DNA of 63,914 nt, counting the filler, from Kipferlia bialata (taxonomy: Eukaryota), in the NCBI GenBank assembly GCA_003568945.1. It is 4 parts of 4 records of this genome, joined end to end, with 100 filler letters (N's around TTAATTAATTAA, not from the genome) between each part and the next. Parts side by side here need not be neighbours in the genome. Positions count along the whole stretch, not along the records: positions 45,991 to 55,603 come from BDIP01000099.1; positions 55,704 to 63,914 come from BDIP01000121.1; 2 more parts are not named here. One strand, 5' to 3'. The position numbers and the translations under genes are program-made. Numbering within the stretch: position 1 is the first letter of the stretch; every line of letters begins with the position of its first letter. The notes below the pieces were generated by a model. It made no database searches. It was not told where the DNA came from and worked only from the letters and a program-made list of their open reading frames with translations. This document shows, piece by piece, positions 52,868-63,914 of this stretch.

Positions 52868-53468
52868 TCTCACCAAGAAGCGGTGACAGGGGTTTAGAGA
52901 GAGAGAGAGGGAGAGAGAGAGAGAGAGAGTCTCTCACAAAGAAGCGGTGATGGTAGGGAGAGAGAGAGGCAGGGAGAGATTGAAAGTAGCTGAGTGTTGA
53001 AAGATACTTGTCACTCCCGGCTGTTGTGTTTTGAGAGGGAGGGAGGGAGGATGGTGTTTGGAATCATCGTAATTATCAGTACCACTATGTCATAGATGAT
53101 TGTGTTGCGGTTGCCAAGTGTCATTAATTTGAGTGTGTGTGTCCCTATACCCAATACATAAGTAATGTAGTAGCTGGCTACTTACCTAGGAGCGTAAAGA
53201 TCCATGGAGATAGTTCTCGAACTGCGTGACGTGTATAATAAGCGTTGCAGTAGAATGACTACGGTACAAATGAAGAACGCAACACACTTATCAATACTAG
53301 GCTAGTACAAACCCCAACACTCAGCCCATGTGGTTTACGTTCTCTATTATACAATTCGGTATTGGTTATCATAACAACATGGTTAATATGAGAGGCAGGA
53401 AGACACTTCTCGCTTCCAATCCACCTCTCTCGCTCTCTCTCTCTCTTTCTTTCTCTCTCTTTCGCTCC

Positions 53469-55447
53469 TTAGAATCCGTAGTCACCCCTGGTCTGCCACA
53501 TGCTCTCCCTGGGCACCCTGGGGTAAGAGGGTGGGTGTGTATATAAACATATGTATACATAAATGTATGTATTTATTCATTTGTAGATAGTGCATCTCTT
53601 GTCTGCCACATGCTCTCCCTGGGCACCCTGGGGTAAGTGGGTAATAGCGATGCTAGGGATACGTATGGGATAGATAGTACACCTCATATCTATATCCGAA
53701 TATCAAAAATACATCTATATACATTGTATCTATACAAATACTTATGTATATACCTGACGTATGTCCTGGCCAGGCACTGCTCTAGGACAAGGACATGGTA
53801 CATGATGAAGCCTGGGGTGAGGCATGTGTATGTAGTCACACATCGAGACAGAGAGATAGAGACAGTACATGACGCATGATGAAGCCTGGGGTGAGATCAG
53901 TACAGAGTAGTATGGGGTCTGTATAGTAAACATACAGTATAGATATACCCACCTGATATCATGACTGCCTCAGCCGGGTGTATGATGGACAGGGCCAGGG
54001 ATATATAGGTATATATACCAATATTCACATGTATAGTATATAACAAGTACAGCACATAGTATATATATACAATATATAGTATATGTATACAGTGTACCTG
54101 ATATCATGACTGCCTCTGCGGGGTGTATGATGGACAGGGCCAGGGGTATATAGTTATATGTGCATACATAATATATGTAGTATTCAGCATACATAGTATA
54201 TATATTGCACTCATAATATATATATACAGTATACCTGATATCATGACTGCCTCAGCTGGGTGTATGATGGACAGGGCCAGAGAGAAGTTGGTCACCATGT
54301 AGCACCCGCTGTACAGGATGAAGGACAGGTTGCTAAGGTAAGAGAGAGAGAGAGAGAGAGAGAGATATGAATATAGATAGTGTCATATATAGTGTATGTA
54401 TACATGTAACACCCACTGTACAGGATGAAGGACAGGTTGCTGGGGTTAGGTATGTATATATATATAGAGAGAGAGAGTGTGTGTGTGTATGTGTGTGTGT
54501 CAAATCATGTGCATACACATGTAACACCCGCTGTACAGGATGAAGGACAGGTTGCTAGGGTAAGAGAGAGAGAGAGACAGAGATGTATATATAAAGTGCC
54601 ATGTGGAGTGTATATACATGTAGCATTCGCTATAGAGGATGAAGTAAGAGAGAGAGAGAGAGGTATATAGATAGTGTCATATATAGTGTATATATACATG
54701 TAGTACCCGCTGTACAGGATGAAGGAGAGGTTGCTGGGTTAGATGGGTGGACATACCCTATTACTCCTGTATACAAACATGCACATATATATACTGAACC
54801 AGCTATACAGGATCTAGGAAAGGTAGCTACTAAGTCATATGTGAATATATATACTGAAGAATACAAATACATACACAATTGAAGAAACATGGGGAGAGAC
54901 CAACGTACACAGGTGGGCAGTCAAATGCGTGGAAGAATGATCTGGCCGCAGAGTACCCGAGGTAGACCAGAGAGATGAGACCACTTGCAATGAACCTAGG
55001 GGTGAGTATGCATATATATATATAGACAACTGTAGGTTTATAGAATCGGTACTTATACTAGGCCTAGAAGCACCTATACTGGGTATAGTAGCAGGGCAGG
55101 AGTAAGGAAAGTGATGAATAGTAATGAATGCACCCTCACCTGAGCCTGTTCTTGAGGACAGGGTACATCTCGGTATTGTCTGCACTGTCTGTGACATTCT
55201 CTCCTTCTCTCTCCTCCATGAAGTTCTTGTAGAATATGCACATGGAGACCAGGTAGAAGAGGGTCACAAAGAGAAGCTGGGGTAAAGGAAGCGCATATGG
55301 GTGATGTGAGAAATACAGACAGGAAGAGAGAGAGCCGTCAGGTAGGAAAACGGCATGGCCGTCAAAAAGAAGGACTATGTGTATGCACCCACCTTAGCCA
55401 CCTCGCCTATGAACTGCCCCCTGTTGATGGTCATGGGGGTATCGCCA
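53469..55447 (-). CDS. Hypothetical multi-pass membrane protein, 5'-partial
   Basis: Spliced exons give hydrophobic segments LLFVTLFYLVSMCIFY, FIASGLISLVYLGYSAA, LSFILYSGCYMVTNFSLALSII and GFIMYHVLVL. It ends VPRESMWQTRGDYGF* (TAA at 53469-53471). Confidence 0.6.
53952..54830 (-). repeat. Tandem echoes of both ends of exon 54235-54332
   Basis: Plus-strand CCTGATATCATGACTGCCTC.GC.GGGTGTATGATGGACAGGGCCAG occurs 3 times. ACCC.CTGTACAGGATGAAGGA.AGGTTGCT occurs 4 times, plus degenerate copies. Confidence 0.9.
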
Positions 55448-55476
55448 CTGGGGGTGAGATATATACACATATATAT

Positions 55477-55541
<65 letters not shown>

Positions 55542-55603
55542 ATGGGGGTGTCGCCACTGGGGGGGGGGGGGAGAGAGACAGGTATAGAGAGAGAGCAAGA
55601 GAG

Positions 55604-55703
55604 NNNNNNNNNNNNNNNNNNNNNNNNNNNNNNNNNNNNNNNNNNNNTTAATTAATTAANNNNNNNNNNNNNNNNNNNNNNNNNNNNNNNNNNNNNNNNN
55701 NNN
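55604..55703. other. Artificial scaffold spacer (N44-TTAATTAATTAA-N44)
   Basis: Same linker as at 31867. Confidence 0.97.
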
Positions 55704-55864
55704 CATCCCCCCCCCCCCCCCTCCCCCCCCCCCCCCCCCCCCCCCCTCCCCCTCCATCTTCCCTCAGTTGATATATGTGTCACCCTCTACATTCATATGA
55801 GGATCGGAAAGCAATATTGATGTCTCTATCCCTTGCTCACTGTTACCAACTTGCTCACTCTCAG

Positions 55865-57449
55865 GAGCTGACCTCCGAGACCCTGCCCTGTCCCATGCCC
55901 AGTGACATCAGGTGTATATGCATATATATGGTGTATATTTTCACACACGTTGATACTGTACTCTGCCCTGTCAACTGCCAAGTGACATCAGGTACCCCCC
56001 CCCCCCACTCTCTTCATTATTCTTACATCTATCCCCATATGGATGATGGGCACCAGACTTTGGATATATGTATATGACGTATGTCACATATATATATTCA
56101 CGTCATTAGTAGATAGGGTCTAACCCCAGGTGGATGATGGGAACCAGGCTGGGCGACAAGGTCTATGTGTTTGGGGGCTGCTCAAAGGGTATGTTTGTCG
56201 TTAGATACATTTCTATGGACAGCGGATACTTTACCGTTCCTCTCTGAGCATTTTGCATTTTGCTTTGTAGTTGTGAGCAAACAACGATCAGTAAAAATAT
56301 ACTTACATCTATTGCTTGAGTTGCGTATACCTTTTTACACACTTACCCTCAGTCTCTATCTACAGGGACACCTTATATGCCTCTACCATGATTCCACTGT
56401 GATACTCATCAGAATCAGTAACTATATACTCACAGAATGACTTGAACCCTCTCACCGTAGGGAGTATCTACAGAGATACCTTCTATGCCTACACCATCAG
56501 CACGAGGGAGTGGAGGCAGGTCGAGAAGAGGTGAGGGACAACTATATTGTTATGTATACACACAATATATAGGTATAGATGCAGGTCGAGAATAGGTATG
56601 GGAACATATATAGTTAATATATATTGATATATTTGTGCATTATGTATAAACCCTATGTATAGGTATGGATGCAGGTCGAGAAGAAGTGGGGGGTAGAACA
56701 AACGTTAGGCTTTCTATGTATGAAAACCTCTCAGTCATTAATTATGAGTCATACTGGTGTATCTATGGTGATTAGAGTATATATTTACATATGTACTCTC
56801 TATTCTCTATTTCGTGCTGTCTCACCCCAGGGGTCAGTGGCCCTGTGGTAGGAATGCCTGCTCTCAGTTTGCATTGGGGGGACTGCTGCACATCGTAGGT
56901 ACATCCACGCATATATATATATAGTGATACACGTGAATATATTATATATGTACCCTATTGCTCATACATTTGTATTCACGTACATATTCAGTCATACGCA
57001 CTCGCTTTCTGGGGTCTTCACACGTATGTACATATAAACAGACTACCCCGCAATACATTAATGCTTATGCCTATGTGGGTTCCTTAGGTTGCCTTCATAC
57101 CTCACCCCAGGTGGCTTCAACGGGGGTCTGGGCCATGGCCTTGAGGACCACTGGTGCTACGACCCCAGTACAGAGGTACTATCATTATCTACGCGGTTGT
57201 AGACGTATTCTACACGATACCCATTTCCAGGCATTCACCAAGATGGATGAAGACGCACCCAAGAAGTTCCGCTCTGCCTGTGGTGCTGTGATAGGTGGGG
57301 ACTGTATGTCTACGTATCCACAGATAGATAGATAGATATATATATATATATGTATAAATATGTAAGTGTATACATCTCTTTTAACCCAGGTGACACTGCA
57401 TATCCCATCAGTTATTGTATGACGTAAAAATGTAGATCTAAAATGAGCC

Positions 57450-57494
<45 letters not shown>

Positions 57495-60400
57495 CTAACC
57501 CCCAGGTGACACTGCCCACCTCATTGGTGGCCACCCAGACCAGTCCCTCCACATCACATACAGGCACACTAATATGCATGTATACTTTAACTCATAATTA
57601 CAATTAGTGTAGATATATTTAGTATATGAATATATATTCGTCTATATGTATCTCTATGTATCTATATATTTACGTTCAGTTGACATAGACCAGTCTCTCC
57701 ACATCACATCACAGGTCGGGTGTATATAAGTATTATTCGTATATATATATGTAAATTATTCCTTCACAAACACCATGTAGGAATAGTTCCTCCATTATAT
57801 GTGCTCTTTTTCTTGTTCTCTCACTCTCAGCATGACAAGTGGCTGGAACATTCTGGCCGCAACAGAATTCACGGTAAGGCAGAAGTGTGTATTAGTATTG
57901 TGTATATCACTTACAGTATATTTGAAGGATACTCATATGTGTATATATACGATCTCATTTATTGTCCCTGACATAAGGTGCGTGCCGGAGCAGCTGTGGC
58001 TCTGGGCACCGACCTACACGTGCTAGGTATGGAAAATCATCATACGATACTGATGATACAACGCTTTCTTTCGTGGTCTTCTTCTTATCTCCCTCTTTGA
58101 GTGTTATATATTCATGCATCATTATATTCAATATATATACATACTTATTCATGTGTACTGTATGTTGACAATAGGTGGCACATTCCATGGCAAGCAGACC
58201 CACATATACAGCACAGAGACTGGGAAGTGGAGGTATATTCATATCTATCCACATATATATATTTATCCTTATTATTATTGGTGACGTTGCGTATTTGTGT
58301 ATGTGCTGATTCCAGAGATGGTGTGAGGCTCCCCGTCTCCTTCCAGTTTGGCAGGGCATGTACCTACGGGCCCAACAGGGTGGCAGTGTCCAGTGAGCAG
58401 GTTAGGGGATATATGTGTATATACATATATATTCAGATGTATATATAATGTATATATGAAGTCTATTGTGTATAGGACATATATATGGACCCAATGTGGT
58501 GGCAGTGTCCAGTGAGCAGGTTAGGGGATATATACGGATGTATAGAGCATATACATATCACATATAGTATATATATCATACAGTATATCTATAGGGCATG
58601 TACCTATGGACCCAACATGGTGGCAGTGTCCAGTGAACAGGTGATAATTGATAGTATGAGGTATTACAAAGACCAAGCAATGAAGTGAGTAGATGAATGT
58701 CTGTATATATATAAGTGAATAGTGATTCTATTTGAGCACCCAACATGGTGACAGTGTCCAGTGAGCAGGTGAGTACTGATATTATGCTGGAATGTATATT
58801 TATTGGTTATTCGTATATGTGGATGGTTTATGTGGATCCAACATGGTGGCAGTGTCCAGTGAACAGGTTAGGGGATATATACAGATGAATAGGAGATATA
58901 TATATGTGTGTATATATTTATCCCCTCATCCCAGGACCTCATCCTCGGCTGTCCCTATGTGGAGCCTGAGCAGAGCCCTGCCGAGGTATTGGCATGTATC
59001 AGTATATATATACATGTGTGTTAGTATCCATATTACCATAATTCATATATGATTGCGTACATCTCCCGATACTGAGATGTCATTGTCGTCGTTAGAGTAA
59101 TACTGTTTTCACTATATTAGCAAATATTAATTCTCACACTGAGGTAGCTGCAGCCCTAGAGAGGGAGAGAGAGAGAGAGATGGACAAGGCAGAGTGGGGC
59201 ACCTCTGCCCAGAGGGTACTGGATGCATCTCTCTCAGACAGTGCCTTACATGAGAGACACTCCTTCACGGTAAGGAGTCAGTTTTATAGTTAACAAGTCA
59301 TGAGGACTAATACACTTCTGATATCTCTATATAAACATATTCCCTCTCATTCTAGTCCCTGTACCGACTGGAGCAGTACCTAAAGATGACTTAATACCAT
59401 ATATATATGTGTGTGTCCAGTACCCGTATCCAGTAAGCATAACACTTGTGCGTATCCGGTTTCTTATTCACCTTAGGCCCTGTACCGGCTGGAGCAGTAC
59501 CTAGGCAGTGGTGGGTTTGGAAGTGTGTTCCAGGTACGTCACTTGCCCAGATGCATAGGACGGTATATCATTGTATGTGAGACGACACATGTAGCAAGTA
59601 CTTTGCTGATGTCCAGGCCACTGAGTATGCCTCTGGCATGACTGTCGCTGTCAAGTTCCAGCCAATCTGCGGCACAGCGGCAAAGAGAGACTGGGTGAGT
59701 ATATAGTGACATGGTGCATATTAACACAAGTATTGTGTCCTCGCTGCATATTCCGCACACGTTCTGTATTTAATAGCAATGTAGTATTGTGTAGTCTTAT
59801 GTCCAGGACCCCAGGACTACCATGACGGCCGAGGAGTTTGAGGAGTTCCTGCAGACAATAGAGGGTAATGCGTGCATACCATATGTATCACAGTATGAAT
59901 GACTATTGATAATATTTATTATTATTATACATTACAAATTTATACAATCTCAGTGAGTATACATTTCTACTCACTATCAGGTGTTGAGTTCCTACAGCGC
60001 CAGCGTAACCTACGCAGAGAGCTCGCAGTGGCTCAGAACCATCCCATCAACTCACCTTACGTCATCAAGTACGTAGTGTGCATACAAAGTGCACAATATC
60101 TAAATTGTTATGTTATGAGTGATGAGGTATATATCTTGCAATAGTTTTGTATGGTTCCTAATCCCAGGATTTTGAGGCACTTCCGCAACACTGACACTCC
60201 CAACCAGATGGTGATTGTCATGGAGTTTGTCAAGGGTGAGGGAGTGATATATATATATAGACATATATCTACCATCTATTCCACTCCGAATATTCTCTTG
60301 ACTTTGACAATTGACCCCAGGGGAGAACCTTCAGGACTACATTGACAGGCACAAGAACAGGTATCCTCACATGTGTAATGTATGAATGTGTTGAATATTT

Positions 60401-62648
60401 CGAGTCATAATCGTGATTCTCTCATATGACTCCAAAGGCAAAAATTGATTATTATAAACAATGTGTTGCTCTCTTACATCAGGGGCCCAGACCAGCCTGT
60501 GCCCCACCTCCTGTCCATCATGCACCAGGTACATCTAGCAGAGCAGACTACTTTTGCAACACTGTACCCTTGTCTCTATTTCCAGCATGTTACACCTCAG
60601 TGCAATACCTATCACAACCCAACCCAGCCGAGTGTTTACGTCTGGCGACACTTGTATTGATACTCACACTCAGCTGACCCTTGCTCTGGTGGCTCTGAAG
60701 GAGGCAGGCGTCATCCACCGAGACATCAAGGTTAGATGGTGATGGTCATGTAATCATACAATATATAGACTTCTATTCGCTTGTTTCTTAGTCGTCCAGC
60801 TACATACCTAACCCCAGCATGACGTCATCATATGTACAATCTTGTTTTAGTCTCACAATTTGTGTTGTATATATGAGTTATATACTGTTGCTACCCTATT
60901 CACTACTAACTCTAGCCTGACAACATCATGGTGGATGATGCGGGCAACGTGAAGCTTGTGGACCTTGGTCTCTCCAAGCTGGTGGACTCTACGGTGAGTG
61001 CACATTAGCCATCATGGCATATATATTGTTGGACTCGCAGAATATATTGTCACAATTTGTAACCTCATTTCCAGAACCCCCTCACCAACTCTATTGGCGT
61101 CGGCAACAGGCTGTACAGGGCACCAGAGGTGTGTACTACTGTCATTATGTCTATTATTCTGAGTTATAATTCCACATGGAGAATGATGATAATTGCGTGT
61201 TAGCATTAGGACTCTCTGTCTCTTCTATATTGGCTACTAAGTCTCACCCTACAGTGCTGGGCCAACGGGGTCGGTCCCTACACCAAGAACAGTCTCGGCC
61301 TTCCCAAGGCCCATATCGGGAACTCAGCTGATGTGTGGTCGGTGGGCCTCATATTCAGTCAGGTACAAGGCCTGGTATAGCATTGTTTACACTCTCGATT
61401 GTGTAAGTGCACTTGTTTCCAATACACAATGGGTCTGACTTCCTAGCTTGTGCACAACAGATGGGTCATGGCACCGGTGCTATCAAGGTGAGTGCTATGG
61501 GAGAGTTAGGGCTATACACACACAACTTGGATGAGAAGTACTCCTGTTTCTGACCACATCTTACCCCAGGTGTTCCTATACGGATCAGTCGAAGCCCCTC
61601 ACAGATGCGCTGATGCCCGATAACCCATACAGATTCGAGTACGTTCATTGCAATCGCATTCCTATATTTCTGGAGACTCTGTTTCATAGCACTGTAGTCG
61701 GGGGGGGGGGGGGTATATATGTATACTCTCCAGTATCAGTGTCATATAGGTATGATCTTATATCAGCACACTGACAGCCGCTGATACTGGCTCCCAGGGA
61801 CTAGCAGAGCTTATCAACTCTATGCTACAGGTAGGAATGCTGATATATCTCTTGTAACGTTCACTGCACCTTTCTCTCTCAGTGCTTTCAGCGTTGTGTT
61901 AGGGTAGCCGTTTACGTTCTCCACTTCTAACACACTTTACCATCCAGAAGAAGCCTTCCGACCGTGCATCGGCCCGAGACCTGGCCAACAGAATGCAGGA
62001 GTTGGTACGTATATTATCACTGTGACATTCGTTATCTATCCATAGGATCCAGTATTTGACCGTCAGGTCGATGCCGCAGCCTCCTCAGCCCCTCCTAGTC
62101 AGTTCATGCCACCTCCCAAGAACATGCGTGCCCTAGAGAATATGGGGAGGTGAGTGCATGTTGAGTAGACATATAGATAGCTATCTAATACATATATATA
62201 GATGGGTCTAGTCTTAGCAAGGGTCTAGTCTTATACCGACAATCTATAATATATATATATAATTATATTATATATATATATAATTATATATATATATATA
62301 TATAATGTAGAGAGATCTATATATATATGCATTATATAATGGATTGTAAGGTGTCTAATCATAGGATGAGGTGGTCTGGCAGAAAGGACCCCAGGACAAT
62401 GCAGACACGGAAGCCAACCCTGCAGGTGTGTATCCATACACTGTCACTCCAACTTCCCTATAACTGGCTATATTCGATTTAGTACATCCTGTGGATTAGA
62501 CGTAATTATTGTCTCTCACCGTCAGCCCCCCTACCCCACCAGACCTTCTGTCCTCAACACAGACAGTGTCATATCAGATACTGGGACAGCCGTGCCCGAG
62601 CTCCATCCGACAGACTCACAGATGGCTGCTAGACTTGATGATCTGTAG
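55865..62648 (+). CDS. Kelch-repeat plus Ser/Thr protein kinase fusion protein, 5'-partial
   Basis: Kelch blades: GDKVYVFGG..YTISTREW; GGLLHIVGG..WCYDPSTE; GDTAHLIGG; GTDLHVLGG..YSTETGKW. These are linked in frame to a kinase with LGSGGFGSVF, VAVK, IVMEF, VIHRDIKPDNIM, VKLVDLGLSK, YRAPE and ADVWSVG. Stop TAG at 62646-62648. Confidence 0.85.
58353..58874 (+). repeat. Tandem echoes of a kelch exon end plus donor
   Basis: CCAA...GGTG.CAGTGTCCAGTGA.CAGGT in the exon (ending 58400), with copies at about 58487, 58593, 58739 and 58834. Confidence 0.9.
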
Positions 62649-62935
62649 ATGCACTACGAGTGTTCTCTCATATACAAAGCCTAGTAATATCCCCTTGGAT
62701 TGAGATGGTAGTCTATGTAGGTGTCACACTCCAATAATAGACAGTGGGATTAGATTTAGGTCACATATACATACTGGTTTGACTGAACAACGTGATACTT
62801 TGCCAACAGCCACAACAAATACATATTTAGTCTCATACTCCGCTCAAAGCCCGATCAGCCATATCCACATCCCCACCCCGTGTTGTTCAGAACTTCATCA
62901 GATACAACCACAGTTACCGCACTCTTACACTTTCC

Positions 62936-63800
62936 TCAGTCTGACCTTGTCAAACCCTCTGGCTGGACCAGGGTGAGTGTGGGGTGCTGTGAAACATCCT
63001 TGGCAAAGAGATCCATGATGACCTCCTGGGCCTCCCCTGGCACACAGGGGAGGTAGGCCATGCCGCCTGATAGTGAGATCAAATGGAAGATAGAGTTTGT
63101 GGTATTTAGAAGAAACTACGGAACACATCATCGAGACGTTACCTGGCCCTGTGAGTGTGATCATGTTGCCGGCCCGAGTGCAAGTGAGGGTGCCCATCTA
63201 GGGTGAGATACTATCAGTGGCCAAGTAGCTAATAGGGGTATCAAAACTGTAATACTAACAGATAGGAGTTATGCTTACTATATACATATCACAATTGTTG
63301 TCACACTAACCTGGTTGTCAAATGCCCTGCCTCCTCTTCTGAAGTCCAGGAATATCCTGTGACTTGCGGATAGTGTCCATGTCCCTAGGCTTAGTGTCTA
63401 GTCACTATCGAGTAACTATACAGAGTCACTATCACACAAACTGCAGGTCACTTCGTACCTACCTCTACCCCGGGTGTCAGTATCACAATCCCCCCCCCCC
63501 CCAAAATAGAACTCACCTGTCGCTACCCCTGGTATCACCAGTATGACCCTGCACCACTCTCCAACAGGGCCCTTTGCGAGACTGACCACAGTGCTAGTGG
63601 CATACGCACACTCTATGAACCTAGTGTCAGTATCAGTATAAAAATAGTATATTGTACACTCTACGAACCCAGCGGCAGGAGCGATGTGTATCCCTTGGCT
63701 GCTTCTCTCTCCTAGCCATTGCACGTCAGTCATGTCGGCACTGGAGAAGTCGCAGCCAGTCACTCTCTCAGTGGTAAGAACTGTACCGTTCAGAGTGGCT
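62936..63800 (-). CDS. Hypothetical protein, 3' part (short pentapeptide-repeat-like stretch)
   Basis: Exons with canonical sites give ATLNGTVLTTERVTGCDFSSADMTDV..., FIECAYATS..., MGTLTCTRAGNMITLTGP and GMAYLPCVPG..TRSD*. One internal phase join is unresolved, and the gene probably continues beyond the window. Confidence 0.4.
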
Positions 63801-63914
63801 CCTGAGAGTGAGATGACAATATGGACCTATAAAATCTCTCCTTACGATAATTACTTGTCAGTCTAGTAGTCATTGTTGTTGAAGAGCTATCTATGTTACC
63901 TTATCAATGATTAG

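Noticed and set aside
54235..54830. Repeat-spacer arrays as CRISPR
   Set aside because: The repeats are copies of adjacent exon ends, the spacers are microsatellite-rich and variable in length, the context is eukaryotic and no cas genes are present.
53469..55447. Membrane protein as a fatty-acid elongase or other named family
   Set aside because: No diagnostic motif (for example HxxHH) is present in the spliced translation.
1..63914. The hundreds of short ORFs in the supplied track as independent genes
   Set aside because: They are exon/intron read-throughs or antisense frames ([12 protein letters not shown] runs from microsatellites). Real proteins emerge only after splicing.

Overview
This is eukaryotic, extremely intron-dense genomic DNA. 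It consists of four contigs (1-31866, 31967-45890, 45991-55603, 55704-63914) joined by artificial 100-bp spacers (N44-TTAATTAATTAA-N44). Introns are short, mostly GT-AG, and end in a branch point fused to the acceptor (YTNAC-N2-4-YAG, typically CTCACCCCAG). Together with the (TA)n/(GA)n microsatellite load and kelch style, this suggests a free-living fornicate such as Kipferlia bialata (inference, no search run). Most entries in the ORF track are exon/intron fragments. Manual splicing gives these genes: the 3' end of an HSPA12-like Hsp70, a ~28-kb highly divergent dynein heavy chain (minus strand), an orphan gene fragment, the 3' end of an SDR dehydrogenase, a large USP9X/24/34-like deubiquitinase, PI31/PSMF1, Cdc14, a membrane protein fragment, a kelch-kinase fusion and a partial unknown gene. 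The most notable signals are: (1) introns filled with diverging tandem 'echo' copies of the adjacent exon end plus its splice site, forming decoy donor/acceptor arrays; (2) a dynein heavy chain whose AAA1, AAA2 and AAA4 P-loops look lost; (3) a chain of overlapping palindromes with 1-nt centres at about 1.77-2.31 kb; (4) candidate non-canonical splice sites and a 48-nt intron bounded by a direct repeat. All gene models are by eye, and exon lists of the long genes are not exhaustive.
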